DNA from: a virus
Lineage: Duplodnaviria > Caudoviricetes
DNA: 64,000 nt
IMG/VR virus record: IMGVR_UViG_3300037851_000360
Location: 24,001 to 88,000 of that record
Reading direction: 5' to 3' (one strand)
A program made the translations under genes and the position numbers. Of the stretch, positions 47,729-55,667 are shown in pieces. The notes below the pieces were generated by a model. It was not told the origin of the DNA. It was given only the letters and a program-made list of their open reading frames with translations, and did no database searches. Numbering within the stretch: the first letter of the stretch is position 1; every line of letters starts with the position of its first letter.

Positions 47729-48568
47729 ATGACTCCAACAGTCAAACTTCGTAACTTCAAATCTCTAACAAAGTTCACTTACGTTGGATTACCTCTCAAT
47801 ATGCGCGAACAACTTACAGCAAATCGTACCTACTATGTTTCCCCATCTGGAAGCAACTCAAACAACGGATTGTCGGCGGGATCACCGTTTCTCACCATTC
47901 AAAAAGCGGTTGATGTTGTGACGAGAACCCTCGATCTGGCTCAATACAATGTCACAATTCAACTTGCGGATGGAACATATACATCCGGTGCAACACTTAT
48001 TGCATACATAGGAACAGGTGCGGTCACAATTCAAGGAAACACAGGAAACGCAAACGCCGTCGTGATCAATCCAACAAATACAAACGCATTTGTAGCGGCA
48101 CAGACCTTGAACTATTGGAATTTGAGTTACATGAGAATCCAAGTCACCGGAACATCCGGTGGAAATGTCGTAGCCACCAACGGCGGAACATTGGTTCTAA
48201 ACAGCGTAAACCACGGATCATGTCCCGACCACCACATCGCTTGTTATGGATTGTCAAATATCGTAGTCAACAACAACTACACCATTTCTGGTGGAGCAAG
48301 AACTCACATGATTTCTGGAACGGGTTCATCCATCAATAATGCAAATAAGACAATCACTCTCTCAGGAACCCCAGCATTCACAGAACGATTTGTTCAATGT
48401 TGGACAACCGGGTTTATATTCGCTGTTAGTTTGTCTTTCTCCGGAGCGGCTACGGGTCAAAGATACATGATGAACATCGGTGGAGTTGTACAAACAAACA
48501 CCGGGAACACATCATATTTTCCCGGAAACTCTGCGGGCGCGACAACCGATTACAGCGTCTACAACTGA
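47729..48568 (+). CDS. beta-helix-like fibre/appendage protein, paralog 1
   Basis: MTPTVKLRNFKSLTKF...MREQLTANRTYYV...TIQKA...DGTY; late motif ATACTTATT at 47715. Confidence 0.7.
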   Translation: MTPTVKLRNFKSLTKFTYVGLPLNMREQLTANRTYYVSPSGSNSNNGLSAGSPFLTIQKAVDVVTRTLDLAQYNVTIQLADGTYTSGATLIAYIGTGAVTIQGNTGNANAVVINPTNTNAFVAAQTLNYWNLSYMRIQVTGTSGGNVVATNGGTLVLNSVNHGSCPDHHIACYGLSNIVVNNNYTISGGARTHMISGTGSSINNANKTITLSGTPAFTERFVQCWTTGFIFAVSLSFSGAATGQRYMMNIGGVVQTNTGNTSYFPGNSAGATTDYSVYN

Positions 48569-48978
48569 TGAAAAAGCCGTTCTCTCTTTTCGATGGATTG
48601 TTATCCAAGACAGAAAAGAAAGTTTTGAGCCACGTAGGTCTCCACCGATTCCAACATCCTCGAAAAAGTTTTACTTCTCTTGAAGAGAAATACTACGACT
48701 TGCTGGATAAGTGTGGTTTCTTTTACATCAAACAACACACAATCGAAGGAAGAATCTTCGACGCATTTCTACCCGACCATGGAATCATCATGGAGTTTGA
48801 CGGCGTGTTCTGGCATCCACAAAATGCATCTGAGTGCAAATACGAGCATCAGAAGAAGGCACTTGAGGTTGACAAACTAAAGAATGATATAGCGTGGCGG
48901 CACGGATTCAAGATGATCCGCATCAGAGAAGACGAGGATGTATCAAAGGCTCAACTCAAGAAGATGATTCTTGGCTAA
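48568..48978 (+). CDS. stand-alone PD-(D/E)xK (DUF559-like) nuclease domain
   Basis: IFDAFLPDHGIIMEFDGVFWH; paralog of the C-terminus of 46827. Confidence 0.65.
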   Translation: MKKPFSLFDGLLSKTEKKVLSHVGLHRFQHPRKSFTSLEEKYYDLLDKCGFFYIKQHTIEGRIFDAFLPDHGIIMEFDGVFWHPQNASECKYEHQKKALEVDKLKNDIAWRHGFKMIRIREDEDVSKAQLKKMILG

Positions 48979-49258
48979 GGGCTTTTTTGCAAATCGGATT
49001 TGTTGCACAGCGTACGTCATTTGTTTTATGTCCGCACGCCTGACACCGGTCGCAATCCTTGGCTATCATTTCGCGAAGATTTGAAGCACCGCCCCTGTAT
49101 AAGCAGGCGATGCCAAATTTCCATATGTCGTGTGGGCCGTCAAGGTATATCGTTTCCTTACCGAACCAACAAAAGCGCCATGTCAGGCACCATTGCGTCC
49201 ACGCTTGCCAAGTCAGCCCGTCGCGGGTGTATGTTTTAACATCCGTTCTCCACTCCAT
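48956..49258 (-). CDS. hypothetical protein
   Basis: Coupled ORF in the reverse-strand island. Confidence 0.5.
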   Translation of the reverse strand: MEWRTDVKTYTRDGLTWQAWTQWCLTWRFCWFGKETIYLDGPHDIWKFGIACLYRGGASNLREMIAKDCDRCQACGHKTNDVRCATNPICKKALSQESSS

Positions 49259-49749
49259 TATGCCGCCCCTCCGAGAACGTGGATACCACGCTCCTTACAC
49301 CACGCGACGACTTCTGCCTGCGTGTTGAATGGCTCATGCAGCCACTTCTTCGTAGGTACATGCGTTGCTACCCAACGGCAATTTCCAAAGAGACCGCTCG
49401 TGGGGCTCGGTGGGCATATGGAAATACCAGCAGCAACCGGAAGTTTTCCGGTGTGAAGCATCGGGTTCGCCCTTTCCTCAGCCTGCTTGACTTCTTCAAC
49501 CCGCTTTGCGGCGCATGTGTTCATGGAATCAACCATGAACTTTCCATGAGATTCATCCGGCCAATATCCAGACGATCCCTTCGACACCGAAAGGATTTTC
49601 ATCGGGTGATATTCAGTCGGAAGAACTGGATGGCTGGCAGTTGAGAAGTTTCTCTTGTAGAGTTCCCAAGAGATATCTGTCTCTTCCGAATAGTAAAGAG
49701 TTTCGTTAGTCCAATTCTCGCGTCTTGGATATAGCGTTATGTTTTTCAT
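49258..49749 (-). CDS. hypothetical protein
   Basis: Coupled ORF. Confidence 0.6.
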   Translation of the reverse strand: MKNITLYPRRENWTNETLYYSEETDISWELYKRNFSTASHPVLPTEYHPMKILSVSKGSSGYWPDESHGKFMVDSMNTCAAKRVEEVKQAEERANPMLHTGKLPVAAGISICPPSPTSGLFGNCRWVATHVPTKKWLHEPFNTQAEVVAWCKERGIHVLGGAA

Positions 49750-50105
49750 GGTACGTATCGTGGCTTGTAGGGTTCTTCATGATCGCAGCACGTTACCCGA
49801 TCTTTCAAAAAGGCAAATAATGCCCAATGGAGGTGAGTATAGTTCGGATCGTCTGACGTATGCATAAATGCGTGAAATAAATCAAACTCGACAGTCTTCT
49901 CGATCCCGAATGCCGGATCGGTTGTCTTGCCGATGTGAATGTTCTTGTCTGGTTTTATAGAGAACGTGTCGGTCATTCCGAAGTCATAGACGACGAGAAC
50001 ATCCTTGTTATCGTCAACGAAGTATTCGACCCGGAGCGGTGGATTAAAAGAAATCCACCGGTCCGAGCCTTCGTGAATGCGTTCAAGTGTCAGGATACCG
50101 TTCAT
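49746..50105 (-). CDS. hypothetical protein
   Basis: Coupled ORF (ATGA overlap). Confidence 0.6.
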   Translation of the reverse strand: MNGILTLERIHEGSDRWISFNPPLRVEYFVDDNKDVLVVYDFGMTDTFSIKPDKNIHIGKTTDPAFGIEKTVEFDLFHAFMHTSDDPNYTHLHWALFAFLKDRVTCCDHEEPYKPRYVP

Positions 50106-50863
50106 GGTGTGAGATATGGAAGGTAGAACTTGCGCAGAAGTTCGTTCGCAACTTCCGGCTGGAATGTGCGTGTGTCGATTGTACTGGATTCGTAAGTCTT
50201 TGCCATTTCAGCATCCTTCGCCTCGTAGAGTTTGCGAGCGATTTCACCATTGAACTTGTGAGGGTTCAACTTGATATCCATCATAAGGTCTCGCATTTCT
50301 TTTACTTCCGGAGCCCAATCGGCGTTTGTCCAACGCACGACATAAACTCCGTAGCGATAGAAAACAATACCTGTCTGAAGAAGACGGAGGCAGTGAACCA
50401 TGTTTCGCGGAGAATAACCGAATGCCTGAAGCGACTTGTTGCGCTTGTCTCCGATCTTTCCCGGTCGTGCACCGGAAACGAGAGCAAACTCTCCCTGTGC
50501 ATAACCACGAAGAACGCTGAAAAGACGCTTGCTGTCAAACAGGCAATCGCGCTGTTCACGGATGAGCATCCACTCCGAAGAAGTTTTGTTGAATGCTTCG
50601 TAAGGTGCCCACAGAGATTCGAGTGCTTCCGAGTTTGACTTGGCGCAAAGTTCGAAATAGTGACGAACTTCCTTCAGGTTCAGGTCGTGCCCGTCATCTT
50701 CCTTTGTTTTCTTTACAACGGAGATTTGATGGTCGAACCGATCCAGCCCGACAATCCGAGACGGAAGTGTGTTCATAAAGACGCCACGAACATCCACATC
50801 CGAATCGGGCGTGTTTGTTCCGTAGAGGTGGCTTCCGCCAAGGTATTCGCAGAGTAGTTTCAT
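50102..50863 (-). CDS. Pol-beta-superfamily nucleotidyltransferase (RlaP/PF10127-like)
   Basis: GGSHLYGTNTPDSDVDVRGVF, KSNSEALESL, MVHCLRLL. Confidence 0.8.
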   Translation of the reverse strand: MKLLCEYLGGSHLYGTNTPDSDVDVRGVFMNTLPSRIVGLDRFDHQISVVKKTKEDDGHDLNLKEVRHYFELCAKSNSEALESLWAPYEAFNKTSSEWMLIREQRDCLFDSKRLFSVLRGYAQGEFALVSGARPGKIGDKRNKSLQAFGYSPRNMVHCLRLLQTGIVFYRYGVYVVRWTNADWAPEVKEMRDLMMDIKLNPHKFNGEIARKLYEAKDAEMAKTYESSTIDTRTFQPEVANELLRKFYLPYLTP

Positions 50864-50871
50864 ACGACTCC

Positions 50872-50899
50872 ACTATGACAGGTTTTTTTAGCCTGTCAA
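50872..50899 (-). promoter_or_regulatory. sigma70-like promoter TTGACA-N16-CATAGT
   Basis: Ends 8 nt before the ATG at 50863; overlaps the inverted repeat TGACAGG/CCTGTCA. Confidence 0.5.
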
Positions 50900-51159
50900 G
50901 CCTTTTGGCGATTATGAGCGTCTAGTTCCCAAACTTCCAATCCATCAAGGGTTTCCGTGCCAGAAATCATCCGGTCAATTCGTTCCTTAATGGTGTTCGT
51001 CGATGCAATCGGAGAATCCTTGCCATACATGAATGCCCGATTGGTGATCATTCGGCACCAGCGGGTGAAGGTCATCGGTGCAACGTTCGCCATGACCCAT
51101 GCGCGTTGTTCTGGAGAAAGATTTATCAGAACCGAGGCTACGTGCTGGTTTTCGTTCAT
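50896..51159 (-). CDS. hypothetical protein
   Basis: Start re-assigned to MNENQH downstream of the promoter at 51171-51198. Confidence 0.5.
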   Translation of the reverse strand: MNENQHVASVLINLSPEQRAWVMANVAPMTFTRWCRMITNRAFMYGKDSPIASTNTIKERIDRMISGTETLDGLEVWELDAHNRQKA

Positions 51160-51170
51160 AACTAATTGGT

Positions 51171-51198
51171 AGCATACGGGCGGGATAAGATTTGTCAA
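51171..51198 (-). promoter_or_regulatory. sigma70-like promoter TTGACA-N16-TATGCT
   Basis: Intergenic. Confidence 0.5.
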
Positions 51199-51278
51199 CA
51201 AGAATTTGGAATCGAACCCAAAAACATACCAAATGATAAAATAAGGATATCGTGGGTTCGAATGTGATATTTATACAC

Positions 51279-52064
51279 ATGAAACACACAGAAGAGACCC
51301 GAAAATTGTTATCCGAAAAAAGAAAGAAGTGGTTGGCGGAAAATCCGGAAAAGCATGTGTGGAAACGGCACTCCAAGTTCAAGTCGGTTCCATGTGAAAG
51401 GTTGAAAGAAATCTTGATGACGAAAGGAATGGTCTTCGTAGAAGAATATACACCACGGGGTATCAACTACTCAATCGACATAGCATTTCCCGACAAATTG
51501 ATTGGAATAGAAGTGAACGGAAATCAGCATTACGAACGAGATGGAAGATTGAAGGATTACTACGCACAGCGGCAAACCAAACTCGAATCGATGGGATGGA
51601 AGATCGTTCAATTACCATACTCCATGTGTTTTTTTGAATCTACAATTCAGCCTATCATTGATGGAATTAATCAAACAACTCCAACCATTCCGTTTTCATA
51701 CGAAACCTACGTTCCACCGGAAAAAAAAGTTTACGTGTGTGTGGATTGTAAAAAGAAAGTGGGTAAAGGAACCATCCGATGTATGACTTGTAATGGAACA
51801 CATCGAAAAGAATTAAATAACCATCGCATTCCAAACAAGGAGATGCTAACGGAATTGCTGTCTTCCCACTCTTTTGTTTCCGTTGGAAAGATGTACGGTG
51901 TATCGGATAATGCCGTCAGAAAATGGTGTAGGCGATGTGGGTTGAACCCAAAACTGGCGCGGTCGGTGGGAGTCGAACCCACATTTTCAATTCCATTTAC
52001 GGCTAAGAATTTAGAAGATTCCCCCGATTACAACCGCACGATTGGAGCCTCGGGTCGGGATTGA
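51279..52064 (+). CDS. putative homing endonuclease (NUMOD-like, DUF559-like, Zn ribbon, HTH)
   Basis: KHTEETRKLLSEK, YSIDIAFPDKLIGIEVNGNQHY, CVDC/CMTC, VGKMYGVSDNAVRKW; late motif at 51267-51275 supports the MKHT start. Confidence 0.7.
   Translation: MKHTEETRKLLSEKRKKWLAENPEKHVWKRHSKFKSVPCERLKEILMTKGMVFVEEYTPRGINYSIDIAFPDKLIGIEVNGNQHYERDGRLKDYYAQRQTKLESMGWKIVQLPYSMCFFESTIQPIIDGINQTTPTIPFSYETYVPPEKKVYVCVDCKKKVGKGTIRCMTCNGTHRKELNNHRIPNKEMLTELLSSHSFVSVGKMYGVSDNAVRKWCRRCGLNPKLARSVGVEPTFSIPFTAKNLEDSPDYNRTIGASGRD
51955..52037 (-). tRNA. atypical tRNA-Arg(UCU)-like RNA lacking a D-arm
   Basis: Acceptor GCGGTTG/CGACCGC, G73, CCA; T arm GTGGG-TTCGACT-CCCAC; anticodon arm GGAAT-CTTCTAA-ATTCT; only 8 nt between acceptor and anticodon stems; 23-nt variable region. 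Confidence 0.65.
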
Positions 52065-52149
52065 ACCGACAACCACCGGTTTAATCAGGTTCCAAGGTTT
52101 CCCATAGAAACTGAACAAAACCGGTGCTCTGCCATTGAGCTACCGAGGC
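52043..52149 (-). tRNA. trnT: tRNA-Thr(UGU) with a 32-nt insert (52083-52114) in the anticodon loop
   Basis: GCCTCGG/CCGAGGC acceptor, GCTC/GAGC D stem, CCGGT/ACCGG anticodon stem, GTCGG-TTCAATC-CCGAC T arm, encoded CCA; removing the insert restores TT-TGT-AA and 75 nt. Confidence 0.85.
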
Positions 52150-52150
52150 G

Positions 52151-52224
52151 TACCCGTGAGGGGAGTCGAACCCCTGATCTTTTGGATGAAAACCAAATGT
52201 CCTAGGCCACTAGACGACACGGGC
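52151..52224 (-). tRNA. trnE: tRNA-Glu(UUC), CCA not encoded
   Basis: GCCCGTG/CACGGGT acceptor, TTTGG-TTTTCAT-CCAAA anticodon arm, AGGGG-TTCGACT-CCCCT T arm. Confidence 0.92.
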
Positions 52225-52245
52225 AAAATTGAAAGAACACCAATA

Positions 52246-52273
52246 ACTATGGCGATCTTGGAGAAAATGTCAA
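52246..52273 (-). promoter_or_regulatory. sigma70-like promoter of the tRNA operon, TTGACA-N16-CATAGT
   Basis: 21 nt upstream of the tRNA-Glu 5' end. Confidence 0.55.
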
Positions 52274-52482
52274 GCCTCAAACGGATGAATTATCGCCAAA
52301 TCGCCACAAATGCCTTCCCGGTCTCTGATATACTGGCGTGCTTCTTCAAGAGATAGGCATACAGGATCGGCATCAAAGTTTCCTCCGGTGTAGTATTTCC
52401 ATCCGCCGAAAAATCCTTGGTATTGGGGATAATACCGACCTTGGAATTCGACCACACGAAATTTTTCATTTAGATCGTTCAT
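52270..52482 (-). CDS. small hypothetical protein (paralog A)
   Basis: KFRVVEFQGRYYPQ motif shared with the neighbour. Confidence 0.6.
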   Translation of the reverse strand: MNDLNEKFRVVEFQGRYYPQYQGFFGGWKYYTGGNFDADPVCLSLEEARQYIRDREGICGDLAIIHPFEA

Positions 52483-52703
52483 GCTGGTCTGATTACTTTT
52501 AGTTCTCTGCGGATGAATGCCTGCGCTTTGGCGTAGGAATCATAACTAACGCTGGTCGCTCCATAGTTTGTCATACCCATCCAGAAAATCCCAAGGAAGC
52601 GCACTTGAGGATAGTAGAATCCCCGCTCTTCGACGATTCGGAATTTCTTTTGCAAGACCTTCTCTACGTCTTCGGGTTTATAAGATTTGAGTAATGCGAA
52701 CAT
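52479..52703 (-). CDS. small hypothetical protein (paralog B)
   Basis: KFRIVEERGFYYPQ motif. Confidence 0.6.
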   Translation of the reverse strand: MFALLKSYKPEDVEKVLQKKFRIVEERGFYYPQVRFLGIFWMGMTNYGATSVSYDSYAKAQAFIRRELKVIRPA

Positions 52704-52705
52704 GG

Positions 52706-53392
52706 TCAGTCAATGATGTGTTTTTGAATCAATGCCTTGGCATATCGCTCAAAGCCAAAAAAGTTTGGAGACAGATAGATTCTGCCCTCCAGCATCTTGC
52801 CGAAGAACTTCCTCTGACCATCCTTGATTTGTTCTGGAGTGAAGTGATACATGTATTCCCGCTTCACCTTCTCGTTATTGACAACAACGAGACATTCATC
52901 GGCAAGACCCAACAGGTCGAGGTCGTGAATATCAAGTTCGTACACCGACATGGTTTTTGCCATTTCTTCGGTGATGGGATGTTTGGTCGCCATGATGAGT
53001 TGCCTGATAATGTCAAGGCGTGCATCACGCGTCACCGGATCGGTGCCCATCAGAAGGTGATTAATGTCTTCACAGGCGAATGTTGCGCTATCTTCCTCAT
53101 TGGTCTTTGAGCCGATGTTGTAAATAACATCGTGATAGATGATAGCCAGCACCATCGTAGGCCACATGATATTCTCGGAATACGGGTGGGGATTTACGAT
53201 GTTGTAATAGTTCTCCAACATAAACCGAACATGCCCAAGATTGTGATATGCCCGGTTTGAGTTACCCTCGCCGTATGTGTAATGAGAGACGATATCACCC
53301 CAACATCCAACGAGAGAGTCGGCGGAATAATCTGGATTCAAGAGACGAATTGCATCTTGAAACTGCTCGAAGACGTAAGTTGAAGTGTGCAT
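52706..53392 (-). CDS. HD-superfamily phosphohydrolase
   Basis: RAYHNLGHV, AIIYHDVIY, NEEDSA, DLDLLGL. Confidence 0.8.
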   Translation of the reverse strand: MHTSTYVFEQFQDAIRLLNPDYSADSLVGCWGDIVSHYTYGEGNSNRAYHNLGHVRFMLENYYNIVNPHPYSENIMWPTMVLAIIYHDVIYNIGSKTNEEDSATFACEDINHLLMGTDPVTRDARLDIIRQLIMATKHPITEEMAKTMSVYELDIHDLDLLGLADECLVVVNNEKVKREYMYHFTPEQIKDGQRKFFGKMLEGRIYLSPNFFGFERYAKALIQKHIID

Positions 53393-53393
53393 A

Positions 53394-53963
53394 TCAGTAG
53401 GAATAGGTGCGCTTCAAATAATTGAGAGCAAGTTCGTACTTGTCTCGCATGTTGCCCTTGGTCAAGTCCGAAATGTTGTGGGAGATATCCTTCATCTTGA
53501 CTTCTCGGGTGAAAGGATTCTCGACGAGTTTCGACAGGTAGTCGAGATACGAATCATTCTCATGCTTGATGTGATGGATGTTCTTGCTCAAAAGAGCGAC
53601 GGCATCCACAACACTGGCGGCAAGGTTTTCATTGATTCCGCGAGTCATCAAATCCTGCTTGAGAGTATCCAGTGCCTTGAGCCCCAAGTGGCAGAGAATA
53701 TCCTCAACAGAGTCGTGAAGAACTGCTACGGCACGCAAGAACGGATAGACCGAACCATGCCAGTCATCCACATCCACACCGACGTATCGGAAATTGGCGT
53801 GTTTGATTTCACTCCACAGAGACCAGTCATTTTCATCAATGGAATTCATGACCGGCTCAAGGTGACCCTCGAAGTATGGGGTCTTACCATCCTTCCGTTT
53901 CTGGAACTTGTGGTAAAACTTTGCCAACTCGATTGCGATTTCATCTACTCGTCTCTTATTCAT
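53394..53963 (-). CDS. RelA/SpoT-type HD hydrolase (small alarmone hydrolase / Mesh1-like)
   Basis: HKFQKRKDGKTPY, AVLHDSVED, VKMKDISHN; ATG start chosen downstream of the promoter at 53973-54000. Confidence 0.75.
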   Translation of the reverse strand: MNKRRVDEIAIELAKFYHKFQKRKDGKTPYFEGHLEPVMNSIDENDWSLWSEIKHANFRYVGVDVDDWHGSVYPFLRAVAVLHDSVEDILCHLGLKALDTLKQDLMTRGINENLAASVVDAVALLSKNIHHIKHENDSYLDYLSKLVENPFTREVKMKDISHNISDLTKGNMRDKYELALNYLKRTYSY

Positions 53964-53972
53964 ACAAGTCAA

Positions 53973-54000
53973 AGGTTAAGGTTTTTCGTGATAATGTCAA
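53973..54000 (-). promoter_or_regulatory. sigma70-like promoter TTGACA-N16-TAACCT
   Basis: Intergenic, upstream of the HD genes. Confidence 0.4.
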
Positions 54001-54003
54001 GCC

Positions 54004-55254
54004 TCAGCGGTATCTTCCGTAAGTTCCGTATCTGTATCGGTTTGCATTGCGGATGCGGGTGAAGATAGAGAACGCGCCCTCACCTTTTTCAAACTCGTTG
54101 AGGTGGCACCATGCCCAAAATCCACCCTGAATGGCGGTCTGCAATCCGATGAATACCCAAAACGCCCACATGGGGTAGGGAATTGTTATATAGTCGAACT
54201 TGTGCCAATCCTTGATGGTGTAATTCTTCTTTACTTCCGCCTCAATGAGAGGAATCGTAGCGGTTGAAATTCCATTGTCAGAAAGAATGCTCGTGAGGTT
54301 TTGCTTTACGTCTTCACGTTCGGTCCAACCAAAGACGTAAACCCAATCAGGTTTACGTGGGTCTCCTCCAAAGCAGATAACAAGGTCGTTCTTCTTTCCA
54401 CCAATCCACTTGGCACGCTGCCACTCACCAAGCGACTGGTCGCCTTCCTTCCATCCAACGACGATAAGGTTGACTTTCTTCAACGCACCAAGACGAGCAT
54501 TCAACTGATCCCATTCCACCAATCCGACCGACGAAACTGCATGACCAACCACTCGGTCGGAAAGGAACTGGTTTCCGTTGCTTGGGTATTCATATACCGG
54601 AATGTTCTCCGGAACCTGTGCGAATGACAGCGTAGTAGGCGCAGCCTTCACACGATTCTCAAACGACTTGGTGGTTGTGACGGGCTCGATCCAACCGGTA
54701 ACGTTGACGGCATGGTAATCGTACGGGTCTCCCTCAACCATCTTTGAGTCATCCTTCGAAGTCGTGCGGTCGCCCTTTCTCTTATCGATCTTGCTGCCAA
54801 ATCGACGCACGATTCTATCGAAATCGCTCTTTGAAATATTTCCGCTGGAGAAGTCGAAAACGCTGCTCATGACAACATCGGTTGTACTGTTTCCGAGCGT
54901 CGTGTGCATGTGCCACTCATCGTCGTGCCAACGATACTCGGTCGTGGTCCAGTGACGAGTGTGCGTTGTCTTATTTCCATCAGAATCCGTAGTGGTGTAT
55001 GTTTCGGAGTGGTGTTCCGTATAACGCTCTTTCCAACGGGGAACATGGTAAGCCTCTGTGACAAAACCGCTCCACGTTTCGGTATCGGAAGTCATTCCGT
55101 TGATGCCAACGAAGTGCATGATACCAGCCACAGCAAATGACAGAGCGCACGCACCGACCCATTCAAGCCAGTTGACCCGCTTGTTGAAAATCCAAATCAT
55201 TCCACCGATAACCAGTGGGAGAATTGAGAGAATGTAAAGAAAAAGTGGGCTCAC
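54004..55254 (-). CDS. membrane protein (2 N-terminal TMs, large soluble domain, C-terminal TM)
   Basis: Hydrophobic segments at aa ~1-50 and ~360-385. Confidence 0.7.
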   Translation of the reverse strand: MSPLFLYILSILPLVIGGMIWIFNKRVNWLEWVGACALSFAVAGIMHFVGINGMTSDTETWSGFVTEAYHVPRWKERYTEHHSETYTTTDSDGNKTTHTRHWTTTEYRWHDDEWHMHTTLGNSTTDVVMSSVFDFSSGNISKSDFDRIVRRFGSKIDKRKGDRTTSKDDSKMVEGDPYDYHAVNVTGWIEPVTTTKSFENRVKAAPTTLSFAQVPENIPVYEYPSNGNQFLSDRVVGHAVSSVGLVEWDQLNARLGALKKVNLIVVGWKEGDQSLGEWQRAKWIGGKKNDLVICFGGDPRKPDWVYVFGWTEREDVKQNLTSILSDNGISTATIPLIEAEVKKNYTIKDWHKFDYITIPYPMWAFWVFIGLQTAIQGGFWAWCHLNEFEKGEGAFSIFTRIRNANRYRYGTYGRYR

Positions 55255-55532
55255 GACACAGCCTTGGGCTCGGGATGCTTCTCACAAAATTCGGCATAGG
55301 TCATAGCCTGACCAGTGGGACCCACACCGGATACGATGAACGTGCCCCGTGAGCGATATACAGCCTTGACCCCGGAACGCTTCACGCGACCGGTGTAAGG
55401 AGTATAGGTGATTTTTTCAGCACCCGTACCGCCACATTTAAGGCAGACGACAGGTTCGCCGCTCTTTTCACACATGCCTTCGTAAAGACCGGTGCCACTA
55501 CACGCTGAACATTTAGCCAGAATTGTTTTCAT
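55251..55532 (-). CDS. DnaJ-type Zn-finger protein
   Basis: CSACSGTG and CLKCGGTG; start re-assigned to MKTILAK. Confidence 0.65.
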   Translation of the reverse strand: MKTILAKCSACSGTGLYEGMCEKSGEPVVCLKCGGTGAEKITYTPYTGRVKRSGVKAVYRSRGTFIVSGVGPTGQAMTYAEFCEKHPEPKAVS

Positions 55533-55667
55533 TTGATTCCTTTCGACCTTCCTGCCGTGCCGACTTTTTATCGGTGCGGAGGCTGCGTCGCCGGTGTGGA
55601 GTATCACACGACCGGCGACAGCCAGATATGCCTTTTGTATTCTTCCGATCCTTTGGAGCGTATGGCT

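Noticed and set aside
51955-52037. tmRNA or amber suppressor (CUA) reading of the atypical tRNA
   Set aside because: It is only 83 nt with no tag ORF; the 5-bp stem GGAAT/ATTCT centres TCT, not CTA, in the 7-nt loop
52083-52114. Group I intron or archaeal BHB intron in tRNA-Thr
   Set aside because: 32 nt cannot hold a group I core, and positions 32-35 do not pair with the intron 3' end as a canonical BHB requires
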